This document shows, piece after piece, positions 23,396 to 37,400 of a stretch of DNA of 64,000 bases (its first letter is position 1; each line of letters begins with the position of its first letter). The stretch lies in assembly GCA_028534125.1 (NCBI GenBank), contig CM052816.1, forward strand, positions 98,830,001 through 98,894,000. The letters are read 5' to 3'. Position numbers and translations under genes: made by a program. The notes beneath the pieces were generated by a model. That model made no database searches. It had not been told where the DNA came from and saw only the letters and a program-made list of their open reading frames with translations. The DNA is from Lama glama. Its lineage: Eukaryota.

Positions 23396-26300
23396 AATCA
23401 GAATACCTTCAAAACCTGTAAGTATAAGGCTCAGGCTGTAGGGTTCCCAGAAGTTGTTAAAAGTTTTTAAAGTGTTTAATAAAGTGTCTAGTGTGATCCC
23501 CCATGTGTTCGCTTTTATAAGGGTGCCTCTACACTGAAAGGTCTTTCCTGGAAGGGCTGATGAGAACCCGCTGACGGTGGTTATGTTCAGGGAGGGAAAA
23601 TCGAGGAGCAGGGATGCAGGAGGGGACTCCACCTTCATTTCTACATCTTTAGGCATGACTCAAGTCTCTAAAATCTGTGTGCGTCCTTGCTTTAAAAATA
23701 CGAATGGCATTGCTGGATCGTGGGATTACAGGTGAAATTTAAAATTCTTATAAGTGTTTTAAAGTACCTTTTTAATTTTGGAATGCAAGTAATCACTTAT
23801 ATAGAACTATCCAAGTATCACTGAGAACTCTTCAATACAATGTTTTAAATGTGCTGATTTTTTTCAAGGCTTTCGTTCATTTGGCACACTGATTAGACAC
23901 TTATTAAGCACTCAAAGACTGATGCTTGGGCACCTGTCCTAAGTGTGCCTCTGATTCAGGAGCCCAAGTCTGATTCTCCTTCGGGGGTGCTTCATGCCCC
24001 TCACTGCCCGTCAAAGAAGATTCTGTGGTGGGCTGAGTGGTCCTGCGGGAGTCTGAGGATGCGTGCAGAGTGGGGTGACAGGCGTGGGTAGACACTTCTC
24101 AGATCTTGGGAAAGGGCCAGCTCGACTCTCAGGGATGGTGGGGGGCGCGGGTTGGGGCAGAGAGATAAAAGCAACGGGAGCCCAGGCTTATTATGTGTTC
24201 AGAGATTGAGCACTGGACGTTGTGTTCCTGCTGACGGAGGGGAGGGAAGAGAGGTCACCTCAGTATGTTATCAATGAAGCCATCAGCACCACAGGGGGTA
24301 GACCTCCTGGGGTCCAGATGCCAGCTTGCAGTGGAAAGGGAGAATACTTGGAATTCATGTCCTGGATTGAGGTGGAGGAGGAGGAGGAGATGAGGGGGCG
24401 CTGTCATGCAGTGGATGACCATGGATGACCCGGGAAACTTTTTGGTCTAGAATTCTATGAACTAAACTAGGATAGCTAATACTTTAAAGTCTGCAGTTCT
24501 ATCAAGGAAGAGCCAAGTATGGAATTAAATAATCGCTAAAGCAGGATGTGTTCAGCCTTGTGTGATAACACCACCCAGGGAGGTTCTGCACACTATTAGT
24601 GGTAACTAGTTAGAATGTTAAACTAAAAAAAAATCATTTTTTGCTTAAAAAAACCTTTTCTGATATGCAAGCAATTCCTTGCTTTTCAAATAACTCTTAA
24701 AAGATGGCCAGCTTCACTAAGTTCTCCAGAGGAAGGTGAGGTTGAGCATTCAGTGTGAGCCTGGGGGACCCCCAGAGAAGAGATGAGTCAGACACCCCGC
24801 TTTTACCATCGATTCCAGCGTTACCATCTTCGGGGCTCTGGATGATTTCCTCATCCCTCCGTGATGCTATATCACCGAGGAGGCGGATATAAAGACCGCC
24901 CCTTGCCATGAGTTTGTAAGACTTAACAATAACATATTTTAAATACATAACCTACAGAAAACGACCGACGAGATCTGCTGCATGAATGACACCAAGAGTG
25001 TCAACTACCATCATTCACCCCGATGACCTCTGGCTCTCTTCTGATAATGCAGGCATTTCTGGGGGATTTTTCACGGTGCAGAATGAGATCCCTCTGAAGC
25101 CCGCGTTCTGGTGTGCCCCAGCACCACCATCACCCCACACACGTCCTTGCTTCTGGCCCGCAGCCTCACTCACCTTTTCTGGCTTCGTCCCCTGAAACAA
25201 TTGCATTCTATGACAGCTGTTCCAGACTCAGAACCGCCCCCTACTTTCCCTCAGGTTCAAGGCTACATCCTGGGTGGCCCAGAGGATCAGACCCTCAGGC
25301 AAGAATGATCCGCCACAGCTGGAGGAATTCTGAATTTTCATTAACAAAGTAGTCAAGTGTTAGGCTTGTTTCCTTTATAATTTAGTCTGAAGTACAATAT
25401 TCTATATTTAAAGAATCCCCAATGTCATTGACTACATAGAGCATACTAACGGGGGAGGCTGATATTTTGCTATCCCTTGATAATCAACAGGAAATGACAA
25501 ATGCAAGAAAAAAGCGACTCCATTGTCTGGCTGCATTACTAGTTTGCAAGCTTATTTAAATGATTAGGTAAATCATGGGAGATTAATGTCTTCTCCTTAT
25601 CAAAGGTTTTCTTTACTGAATCAAGAAGATTTACTCCGAAGCTCATAAAACGTCTGGCAGACACCTGCTTACAGGAATCATGGGGAGGTCGGCTGGGTGG
25701 ATTATTAACCAGACTTCAGAAACGGCCAGCGTCCCCCAGGCGGTGCAGGGGAGCTCTCCAGGCGCCTGCATCTCTCTCATCTCCAGTTCTGTAAATCATT
25801 GGACACTGGGAAACTCAACACTCATACTGCATTTATAAGAGAAGAAAGAGTAGGTGCCGTGTCAGTGCTGAGAAACCTGCTTCTGGCAACACGAGTAAAG
25901 AAAATACTGAAGCTTGAAAGTATGATGCTTACAGTATTATATCTGCTGTTATTCACACTTGGAGGTTCGTAGATTCTTATCAACGGCTATCTGTTTATAA
26001 AAGCTGTCCATGAAAGTTGCATGAATCAAAAAATCAAATGAGTATCAGAAAGAGGTAGATAAATGCCCAACCACCGAGCCTGCTTCTCCTGCAGGGTAAG
26101 AGATTCCCCACTGAACTGGCTCGAAGCTTGTCTCAGGTGACACCGAGAGCCCTTTTCCAGAGAGCCAACCATCAATCAACACAGCGAAAAGTGATCTGAC
26201 TCTCCAGGAGAAACAGGCACTTCAAGTCTCAATTCATTTCATTTTTATGCTATTCCTTTGTCATTTCCCCAGAAGTGTGATTTGTTTCAGGAATATTGTC

Positions 26301-26659
26301 CTCGTTCTAGTCTTCCTAGTGATGTTTCTGAAACATAAAACAACTCCACTTTTATATAACTTTTATAATTACTTTGTCTCGGGTACCAGCCATGTGGCTG
26401 CGTGTTTTGCTCTATTATTCTTATCCTAGTAAAGGACATATGAAATGAGAATTAATATTCTCATTTAAAGGAATGGGACATTGAATGCAAAAATTTGCCC
26501 ACCATTGTAGAGCTAGGAAGTGGAGTAGCTAAGGTTAAAATTCAGTCTGAATTGCTCCGATATACACACCCTTGCTGCCCACCATGTTGCTTTTTTACGG
26601 CTATGATTGGCACGTACCCCTGAAGAATGACACCAATGATAGTGGTCATTGAGAGTGAA

Positions 26660-27925
26660 CCTGAGTTAGTTGTAAATGTATACTGAAACTCTAGGGCTAA
26701 AAACAGGTTTTAAAAAGAGTAAAAACAAAACTATAACTGATACGCTGAAGGACAGAAAATAGAATAACATAAAATGTTAAATTAAGACCATAAAAGGCGG
26801 AAAAAGAGTAGAAGGAAAAAAACAAGAATAATGAACAAGGGCACCAAAAAACATTAACACGTGCAGTAGCTGTTACTTCAACCACATTAACTTGGAATGT
26901 TAATGGTCTAAACGCACCAGTTATGAGACAGAGATTGTCATGGGTCAGGAAACATGACCTAAATATATGCTGTCTACAAGAGACTCACTTTAAATATAAA
27001 GACACGTATAAATTAAAAGTAAATGGATGCAAAAATATACCATGATAACACGATCAAAAGAAAGCAAGAGTAGCTATATCAGTTTCAGACAGAGCAGATG
27101 TCAAAGTAAGGAAAGCTATTAGGAATGAAGAGGCCATTAAATAATAAATAAATAAAAGAGTCAGCTCTTTAAGGGGACACAGCAATTCTTAACACGTATG
27201 TACCTAAGAACAGAGTGCCAAACTACATGAAGCAAAAACTGATAGATCTGAGAGGAGGAATAGGTGAATCCATGATCATAGTTGGAGACTTCATCACTCC
27301 TCTCACAGAAATGGACACCTTCAGCAGGCAGAAAATCATTAAGGACACAGTTAAACTCAATAATGCCATCAGTCAGCTGGACATAACTGACTTCCAGACC
27401 ACTTCATCCAGCAATAGCGGAACATACTTCTCAAGCTCGCACAGAGCATTCATCCAGATAGACCACATTCTGGGCCATAAGACACACTTTGACAAATTTA
27501 AAAGAACAGCTCTCAGAACACAAGAGAACTATATTCAAAATCAATAACAAAAAGATAACTGGAAAATCCCTAAATAAGTGGAGATTAGACCACACATTTC
27601 TGAATAACACGTGGTCAAAAAGAAATTCAAAAGAAATTTTAAAATATATTTTGGCAAAAATTAAAATGAGAACGCAACTTATCCAAATTTGCAATGAAGT
27701 GCAAAGAGGGTAATCTATAATATCTGAGGCAGATAATACAAAAGAAGAAAGATCTAAAATCAGTAAGGTAAGTTTCCAATGTAGGAAACTAAAAAAAAGA
27801 AGATTGAATTAAATATAATATAAGCAGAAGAAACGAAATAATAAGAATTAGAGCATAAACCAATTAAACAGAAAACAGGAAATCAGTAGAGGAAAACCGG
27901 AGAAACCAAAAGCTGGCTCTTTAAA
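26660..27925 (+). mobile_element. Old L1M fragment, ORF2 endonuclease region
   Basis: Degenerate EN peptides CCLQETHF, IIVGDFITPL and IDHILGHK with frameshifts. Confidence 0.88.
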
Positions 27926-28425
27926 AATGGCGAGATGTGCTCACGATGCACGTGGAGAAATTTGAAGTCCTGAATGCTTTCCTTAAAAAAATAAAGAAAA
28001 TAAAGCAACCAAGTATTAACTCAAAAGTTTTTTTTCTTAAATGCAATGAATGACCACGTAGAAACCAGAAAGAAGTTATTTAAAAAATTCAGAATAAATG
28101 AATCAGTAAATAGAAAAAGAATGTGCTTATTAAACTGAAAAATGTCTATTAAGTCCAAGATCTGTTTTTTTGGACCAGAATAGACATACCTCATGAGAAA
28201 GCAATGAATATGAAAAACAGTCCAGAACACAGAAAACCTAGTGGGACATGGCAGTTATTTAGAAAGGGAGATCAAACTTCTCTTGGAGAGTAAATGTCAC
28301 TTCAGTGTGTATTATTTTTCATTAGTAAATTTTGTGGGGTTTTTTTTTTTTAGCTTTTCAATTTTATGACATCTTTCAGGCCAATCTAGTACAAGGATTT
28401 AAACCTCTGTTAGAGGAAACCTTCT

Positions 28426-28668
28426 AGGCAAATGCTGTTCAATACGGTGGCCACTGATTTTAATTAAAATTGAAGGCAATTAAAAATTCAGCTCTCCAAT
28501 TGCTCCACAGTCACATATGAGTATCCAAATTCAAGTTTAAATAAATTAAATTCAGATAAAGTTAAAAATTCAGTCTTTCAGTTGCTCAATAGCCACATGT
28601 GATTAGTTGCTCCCATATTGGACAGTACAGATATTTCCACTGTGGCAAAAAAATTGTATTGCTCTGGA
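28426..28668. mobile_element. MER3/MER33-like hAT-Charlie element
   Basis: tgctgttcaatacggtggccac...gctcaatagccacatgtg...catattggacagtacag. Confidence 0.7.
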
Positions 28669-29144
28669 ACAAATCTTTGGAAGCTTACTCCTTAAGACTA
28701 GTATGCTAAATTCATGAGAGTTTATGATGATATTTGTCCACAATAAATAGTATATATCACACAGTTAGGAACATTCTTATAAATCACATCCATTAGCATC
28801 TTTATCAAATTTGACAGCTAAAATATTCAGAACCTGATGTCCTAGACTGATTGCTTAGTAAGACTGCCTTCGTCACCAAAATATCTGTACTAAGAATAGC
28901 CCAAACTTAAATTCTCAGATCCTGTATCTCTCTGTACATTTTCAAGACACAAAGACAAAAACTTAAGCAAACAGTCATCTAGTCAAGGCATTGAATATAC
29001 TGTTGCTGCTTAACATAATCAAAACGGCATGGATTAAACACTCTAATGGATTTCTTTACAGAGTTGTGTAACATTTAGACAAGAATTTAATCCCTTACTG
29101 GAGGAAATTGAGTCCCTCACATCCAAGAAATGTGTAGTATGTTG

Positions 29145-29320
29145 TTCATTCATTCATTCATTCATTCATTCAAAGAATATTCATTAATTATGGGCTGGGC
29201 ACTCTTCTTGTCAATCCAGATATAGCAATGAACAAAACAGACACATACATCTTCCCTTGTGAAGCTTAAATTCCATCATAGGGTTGGGGGGACAGAGAAT
29301 AAACAATATGCATAATAAGA
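29145..29320 (-). mobile_element. L2 3' end with (CATT)n tail; continues at ~31105-31290 after the L1 insertion
   Basis: (cattt/catt)n followed by gatatagcaatgaacaaaacagaca, typical of the L2 3' end. Confidence 0.7.
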
Positions 29321-29329
29321 TGTAAATCA

Positions 29330-31101
29330 TAAGAAGTTAAAATTCAATGTGTCAGTTCTTCCCAACGTGATCAACAGATTCAATGCAATCTCAATCAAAA
29401 TTCCAGCAAATTATTTTGTGGATGTCACCAAACTGATTATAAAGTTTATATGGGGATGTAAATGACCCAGAATAGGTAACTCAATGTTGAAAGAGAAGAA
29501 GAAAGTCTTAGAAATGACATTAGCAAACTTCATGACTTACTATGAATCAACAGTAACCAAGAAAGTATGCACTGGAGAAGGAACAGACAAACAGACCAGT
29601 GGAACAGAATAGTGGGTCCAGAAACAGACGCACACAAATATAGTCAACTCATCTGCAACAAAGGAGCAAAGGCAATACAATGGAGCAAGATAATCTTCCC
29701 AACAGACCATGCTGGAACAACCAGATGTCCGCACGTGAAAAAATGAAACTAGACTCAGACTTACACCTTTCACATAAATTAACTCAAAATGAATCATAGG
29801 ACTAAATGTAAAATGCAAAACCATAAATTCCTAGAAGATAACAAAAGGAGACGCTCTAGATGACCTTGGGTTTGGCAGTGACTTTTTAGACACAATACCA
29901 AAAGCACAATCCATGAAGGAAGGAATTGATAAGCTGGACTTCCCTGAAATTTTAAATTTCTGCTCTGTGAAATATACTGTGAAGAGAAGGGGAAGACAAG
30001 CCACAAACTGAGAAAAAAAGATTTTCAAAAGACACATCTGATCAAATACTTTGATCCAAAATACACAGAGAACTCTTAACACTCAAAATAAGAAAACAAC
30101 TCAATGGAAAAATAAGCCAAAGACATGAGCAGGCGCTCACCCCTCAGAGAAGACATCCAGATGGTACATAATTGTGTGAAAGGGGTTCCATGTCGTATGT
30201 CATCAGGGAAGCGCAAACTAAAACAATGAGCTACCACTACAATCCTGTTAGACTAACCAAACTAACACCACCAAGTGCTGGTGAAGATGTGGGGCAACAT
30301 GAATTTTCACTCACTGCTTGGGGGGGATCCAGAGTGGTGCCAACAGTTTGGAAGACAGTTTGGAGGCTTATTACAAAACTAAGCAAACTCTAAAATCCAC
30401 CAATTGCCCTCTTTGGTATTTAATCCAGAAGAGTTGAAAACTTTATATCCAAACCAAAACCTGCACAAGGATGTTTATAGCAGCTTCATGATTGCTAAAA
30501 CTTGGAAGCAACCTTGATGTCCTTCAGCAGGTCAATGGATAAACTGCGGTGCCTCCAGGCAATGCAACATTATTCAGCACTAAAAAGAAATGAACAATCT
30601 GCCATGGAAAGACAGGGAGGAAGTGTACGTGCATACTACTAAGTGGAAGAAGCCAACCTGAAAAGGCTACGTGCTGTGCGATGCCAGCTACACCACTTTC
30701 TGGAAAAGGAAAAACAACGGAGACAGTAAAAAGAAAAGAACTGTGGTTATCAGGGGTTAGCGGGGCAGAAGGTGTGAACAGGCAGAGCATGGAGGATTTT
30801 TAAGGCAGTGAAACTATTTCATATGATGCTATAATGGTGGATACAGGTCATCGCACATTTGTCCAAACCCATAGAATGAACAATACCAAGAGTGAACCAC
30901 AATGGAAACTATGGACTTTGGGTGATTACGATGTGTCAGTACAGGTTCATCGACTGTGAGATGTGTACCGTATGGTGGGGGATGTTGAGAATGAAGGAGG
31001 CTGTGCACGGCACGTGTGGGGGGCAGGGCCATATGGCAACTGTACTCAGTTTTGCCATGTTTTGCTATAAATGCTCTAAAAATAAATTCTATTTAAAAAA
31101 G
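29330..31101 (+). mobile_element. L1MC-type LINE-1, ORF2 C-terminus and 3'UTR
   Basis: Degenerate ORF2 end; 3'UTR catttgtccaaacccatagaatg...aactatggactttgggtgat; ends aataaattctatttaaaaaa. Confidence 0.88.
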
Positions 31102-31400
31102 TAACTCAGAATGAAGCAGAACACCAGGAATGCAGAAAAGGGGTTTCAGTTTTAGATAGGGGTCATAGGCCTCATTGAGAAGGTGGCATTTCAGCAGAGC
31201 CCTGAATGGAGGAGGAGCTGGCTGTGAGGATGCCAGAGGGAAGGCTGTGGGCCAGACGGAGGAAGCAGCCACTGCAATGGCCCTATGTCCCTACGAGGCA
31301 TCAGCCAATGTTATGTTCTTTGCAAAACATCTATAGGTGATATATTTACCAACTAATAATATTAATAATTCATCAGGGCCTTGTTCAAACTGGACAAACT

Positions 31401-31485
31401 GGGGGAGGGTGTAGCTCAGTGGTAGAGCACATGCTTAGCATGCATGAAGTGCTGGGTTCAGTCCTCAGTACCTCCATCAAAAAAA
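31401..31485 (+). mobile_element. tRNA-Ala(AGC)-derived SINE, Vic-1-like (camelid)
   Basis: gggggagggtgtagctcagtggtagagcacatgcttagcatgcatgaagtgctgggttcagtcctcagtacctcca plus A tail; TSD aactggaca(a/g)ac on both sides. Confidence 0.85.
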
Positions 31486-33424
31486 CCAACTGGACAGACC
31501 CTTGGAAATCTCTTCCAGCCCGTCAGAGGGAGGGGACACGTGAAGCTTCTGGGCTCATCTTTGTTCCCACCTCCCCCTTCTCCCCTTGAGGCTATGTTTA
31601 CCATCCGCCACTTCCATGCTTGCCCTCCTTCCAGTGTTTTCTCTCCTTTGTTGGAGGGAAAAAAAAAGCATAAACCAGATCACTAACCATGTGCAACCTC
31701 ACCGTCGCATCCCTGGATTGGAGAATCCAGTCCCAGGAGCCTCACGCTCCGGCCTGTGTTGATTTCCGTCCAGGCTCTGCTCCTGCCGCCACCTCCCCTG
31801 AGGCTCAGGACACATCTGCCCCACCAGGTACCCCTTGGTTCCCGAAGCACTCCGGCTGCCTTCGGCTTCAGAGCCTTGGTGCCCTCTCATCCTGCATCCT
31901 GCACGTGCGTCCGCTGGCTCCACTGGCCTGGCTCTTTCTCACTGTTCAGGCTGGAGCCGCAGAGGGAGGGGCGTGGACTTGCTCGCCATCGTGCTGCTCT
32001 TGGTGGCGGAGCAGACGCTAACCCCATGCCGCGTACCGCGGGGATGCAGTGGCCAGTGGTGGCTCCCGAGGCCCCAGCCCTGGCTGCAGGTCTGACGCTG
32101 CCCCTTGTCAGGGTGTGTGTGCCTACAGGTGCACATGGGTGTGCGTGTGTGCGTGTGTCCCAAGACATGTCTTTGCAAACGGGAAAAATCTACAGCTATT
32201 TCCCTGGCTGACTGTGCAGGTTAAATGTACACACTTCAAAGGTGGCAAAAAAAAAGTATTTTGATGATGTTAAGATCTCAGGAGATATTTTTGGAGACTG
32301 AGGGCGGCGCACGGAAAGCCGCAGGCAGAGGAGGGGCAGTGTCTGCGGGACCTTGTGCAGCGTGGGAAACAAGGCCCAAAAGACCGAGGGCGGCTCGGGA
32401 GAGTCACAGCAGAGCCAGCACAGGGCCAGCCACGGCGGGAGGCGGTCAGGGCAGAGGAGGGGGCCACGTTGCCAGGCGGGCGGGCACACGTGTTTCTCAT
32501 CAGAAGCCACGGGTCCCCTGCGTGTTGTCACCTGGACCTACAAGCTGTTGCTGAAATCATCCGCACACACTCGATCCATCCCGGCGGGGACCCCGTGGCA
32601 CCCTTCCCTCCGGCGGGGCAGGCTGCTGGCTCCAGGCGCACTCTGTTATGAGCTCATCGAGCTGACACTTAGCTCATGAATCAGCTGTTTTTCTGTTTAA
32701 CTGTGTCGCTGGGGACGCCTCTGCTCCCCTCTGGTCTTGGTGGTGATACCTAGTCTCTCACAACAGTGCCCTTTAAGCGCCGGGTTCCAGGACAGCCACA
32801 TGGTATAGAAATAGATGAACAGATGTCTATCGTATTAATATCGATGGCATTCACTTACCGCTTGCCCACCCTGCGCCGCCTCTGTCCCAGGAACTGGATA
32901 CCGTCTAACCATCGGTCATCTCTGAGCAGAGCTGCAAGGCGGGGATCAGCAGCTACACTTTTGCAGGTAAAGAAACGGGGGCACTAACAGCCCAAGGTCC
33001 ATCAACTAGGGAACAGATAAACAGTGGCGCGTCCTTTCAGCGGAACACCCCCAGCAGTGAAAGGGGTGCAGGGCTCATGAACACGCGTGAATCCAGACAC
33101 AGCACGCGGAGCGGACGAGGCCAGAGCACAAGACCCCATGCCGTCCGCACCGCGTTGACTCCATTTCTGTGGCGTGCCCGGAGGCCGGCAAGCCGCAGAC
33201 GCAGGCAGCGGAGTCCTGGCTGCTGGGCTGGGCTGGGGTGGGGGGCGACTGCCGGGGCGACGGGAACCGGAGAACTGGACTGTGGCAATGGTTGCCCAGC
33301 TCGGTGCTTCTACCGAAATAAAACCGAATCGTGCACTTTCAGCTGTGAGGTTCTGCTATGCAAATTATACCTCAGGAAAGCATTTACCAAATAAAACAAA
33401 CCTGCTAGCTAAAAGAATGGCATG

Positions 33425-33701
33425 GATGAACTTACTTACAAAACAGAAACAGACTCACAGACATAAAAAATAAACTTGTGGTGGCCAGGAGGGAAGTGGG
33501 GGAGGGATAAATTGGGAGTTTGGGATTTGCAGACACACACTACTGTATGTAAAATAAATACACAACAGGGTCCTACTGCACAGCACAGGGAGCTACATTC
33601 AATACCTTGTAATAATCTATAATGAAAAAGAATATGTATGTTTATACGTATAACTGAATCACCAACACAACATTGTAAATCAGCAATATTTCAATTAAAA
33701 A
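33425..33701 (+). mobile_element. L1 3'-end fragment (cetartiodactyl type)
   Basis: acaaaacagaaacagactcacagacata...gggataaattgggagtttgggattt...caattaaaaaa; reverse complement of 1440-1730. Confidence 0.88.
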
Positions 33702-34270
33702 ACAAAACACAACCCTGAGATTCCAGAAGTGGGGCCTGAATGAGGGCGGCCGCCAGGGCTGGGCTCCCAGCTGGCCGATCCCCCCACACCCTGAGGCTTC
33801 CCGGGCGCACAGTGCGGTGGAGTCGCTCAGACACGCGCCCTAGGAAACAGCTAGCCTGACAAGCATCACAGCCCGGCTCCAGGGCCCCCTAAAGGGTCAG
33901 GTTCCCCGCCAAGGAACACAGAGGCCAGCGGTGAAGCTGAGAGCGGGCAGGCAGCGGGGAGCCAGGACCACAGCGTGCGTGGAGCTGCCTTCGCCGGGGT
34001 CCTGGGGGACATCGCAAACTCAGTACCGGGCGCCTGCCCAGTTTCATTCCACCATTGTCACTGATGCCGGCGCTAGAGATGATGGAGATTGGAAGTCAGT
34101 TCTCCTCTGTCTCCTCCCTGCTGCCCTGGACCAGGCGAGCCACAAGGGAGGGGCGTGAGAGTCTCAGCTGCGGTTTCCCAGCTGCAGACGCACAGGAACT
34201 CACGCACTTCCCTGAAGGAGGCGGACAGGTTGAGGGTACGTTTATGGAATCTGTCACCCTATCATATCCA

Positions 34271-34430
34271 GCCATGATTCTCAAAACTTTCTGTCCATGA
34301 GAATCCCTTGGGAAACCCACGTCCCCGACTCCCGATGCCCCCGCGCGTTCTGAGGCAGCAGGTCTGGGTGGGGCTGGTGACCGCGTGCTTGTCAGATGAG
34401 ATCCACAGGCCCGACCCCGGGACACACCCA
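34271..34430. mobile_element. MER5-like MITE, GC-shifted
   Basis: ccatgattctcaaaactt...gagaatcccttggga...ttctgaggcagcaggtctgggtgggg. Confidence 0.5.
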
Positions 34431-37400
34431 GCGTCTGCGTCTTCAAGGCCAAGGCCGGTACACCCCTCCACACCTGGCGCCTCACTTTCCAGCCCTGCGC
34501 TCAGACCCCGGTGGGATGACAGGACCCTGTCAGGTATCTACATGTAGGGGACGACTTGCGAGGACACAAGTCAACTTTGTATGACGCTTGTCATAACTAA
34601 GTTCCCTTGTTTTCCAGCAGGTGGACGTCAGACACCAGTATCAATCTGCCCTCATAACAGCTTTTGTAACGAAGGGCCTGGAGGGGGTCATCTCTACCAA
34701 CTCTCGGTGTTTGACGCGACTTCTGCTACACATGGAACCTTCCAGGCAGTTCCTAGAAACATCCGTTACTATGGACACCAAGTCTGACCGTTCACAGATT
34801 CCAGCCTCAGTCACACACATGACTGCATATCCTCTCCCACCAGGGGCAGAGCCCCGAGGGGATTATAAAAATTATGGCCCAGCCTGTTTCCAGACTGTTA
34901 GCTCAGACTGTAAGACCATTATAACGTGGCAATGCACATTCAAAATGGTCCGTCTTAGTATGCCTCCTTAATAAGTTGTCATCAAGAACCTAGGCGGCAA
35001 ATACCACCTTTGTTTTTTGGTAGAAATAGAACATTGAAGACACTAGGACAAAATCCGTCCGTAAGAATCCAGGGGGCGTCCCAACAGCATCCTCTCTAGG
35101 GGCAGGTCCCCACAGAGAATGCGGGCAGAGCCGTTACTTCCAGAGGGACAAACCCCGCCTCAAAAAAAAGCAAGACAAACAGCAACAACATAGAAGGAAA
35201 AGAAACCAGGCCACGGGTGGTTCCTTCCTGAGATTCACAGCCGGTTCCTCTAGGCCACCACGTGGCACTCAGCTCTTCCTTCTGCCAACCAGTGAGGAAA
35301 GGATTCAGTCTCATGAAGGCTCAGAGAAAAGCCACCCCAAACTTGCTTGAGGTCGGCTTTGTTCTCCTCAACGACGGCCACGAGGACAGCCCGGCATCAC
35401 AGATTAAGCCTGTGGTCCCGGGAGTGGCCCTAACAGCTACCTGAAACCATGCGAGCACAGTTAACTGGATGCGACTGCAGATCCAGCTCCCCGCTGACTT
35501 CTCACTCCAGTTCTCTCCACCACCAAGCAGCCCCCGACGCAGGCGAGGGCCACCGGCACTGTCTCTCCCATGATTGTGCTCAAGAAACATTTGCTCCTGT
35601 GCTTCAAATCTTCCCAGAGCCAGTCCCGTCCTGGAAGAGCCCAGCAAAGGGGTCGTCGTGGCTCAGCCAGCCCTTCACATCCTTGAGAGTTTTTGTATAC
35701 TTTTTCAAAGACAGTTTGCCCTTACAGAGTTTGTCGCAAAGACAATGGAAGACAGAGAGCATCCAAGGGCCTTCAACGCTGTGTTATCCAGCAACTCCCT
35801 GGTGTTTTCTGACTCGTGTGCCCCTGGCATTTTCACATAATTCGCATAGTATTTCCTTGTTTCACACATAAGACAGGCTGGGCCCCAGGAACCCCTCTCC
35901 TGCAGGTTGCTGGTCAGCACCCCGAAGCCCTCGTGTGGACATGGTCCCCAGGGGAGCACTCAGAATCCACACGCCAAGCTCTGCGGAAGTGTCAGATATC
36001 GCTCCAATGTGATTAACTATCGCAATTAAAATGTAAATAAGAGCTTGAAACACAGAAGAGGATCAATACACAGGAACTCCATGGCCCCGGCCAGATCACA
36101 GACCTGCTGTTTACAGGGCAACTCCTAAGCCAGGGAAATTATGCATGCTCAGGTTACCTCCGTCCCATCAAAAAAAAAAAAAAAATTCCAGCAGGTTTAA
36201 CAGTTTCTGGAAGGAGTATTTTGAAATCGGTGTGTATGAGTATGTCTGTGTTTATTTCATCGACAAGGATAATTCCTGACAAGTTATTTTTTTTCCTTGC
36301 ACACAAGAAATTAAAACAGAGACTGCCCCTGGACCAGTTCTCTGTTATTTCCTAGTGAGGCGTTCATTCCTCTCCGTCAGCCAGTTACAGCTGTGACCAC
36401 GATGCTCCCCGAGGTGGCCTTTCTGCCAATTCTCCTCCTGCACTTTTGGCTTCACCACATTGGAAGAAAACTGCCGTTAGAAATGGTGCTGTCATGTCCA
36501 CTAGGAAAGCGCTGGGAATTTGGCTGAGTTACAGGGACCAGCCACCATTTACAAGTGGAAATCTTTGTAGTCTTTCTTGATTAGTTTTGAATTTAAAAAA
36601 TGCTTGAAAACTATGTTTTCTCTCTGTCTCTCTCTCTCTCTGTGATCTTTCGTCACTCAATCAAATAAATCTGTGAGCTGGTAACCACTAAAGCTATAAA
36701 GGACACAGAAGCCCTCTGAAATTCTCAGGAGGGACCCGGCCATCTGAATGAGTTTGTGCAGAATTGCATGCTTGGCCCCCACGCAGGTGTCAAAGTGAAG
36801 GAAAGCATAGGTTTTGTAAGTCTAAGTATTTCCTGTGCCGACAAGATCCAGTGTTGCCCAACCAGTCAAGCAGACTCCAGGGAGACAAAGAAGTTCCCTG
36901 GGGGAGACGCCGGTGTCAGGCAGAAAGCTCACCATTTGTTCTCAGATCCAGTGGACATGGCTTGGTGTCTGCACTCTGTCCCCTGTTAGATGGCGGCTTT
37001 GAGCAGGCTACAAAATCTGTCTCATCCTCAGATTCCTCTTATGCACAAAGGGAATAGAATTCTTCTCACATTATTGATATAATGAAATGCAAGAGCAGTG
37101 CACGAATCTGACTGCAGTAATGCCTGCCCCCACACACAGAAAGGGCTGGCTCTAATATCAGTACTCCTCCCTGTTCATAATGGGTGCAATTTCTTATTTA
37201 TTTGGAACTATTCAAATTCTGTCATGGACACATACATTCTTCTATGGTAAAAAAGCAGATTCACCAAATGTTTCTTCCATAACAACCAAACATGGAAAAC
37301 AGATTGCAAGCAGGTCTTTTCAAAACGGTGACATGTTGGTGCTCAGGCACACTGAGCATTAGAAGAATTTTATGTTCAGATTTGTTCCCCCTAAAGCTCT

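Noticed and set aside
31405..31476. Functional tRNA-Ala gene
   Set aside because: Has a 5' extension, A tail, TSD and stem mismatches, and no oligo-T terminator; better explained as a SINE.
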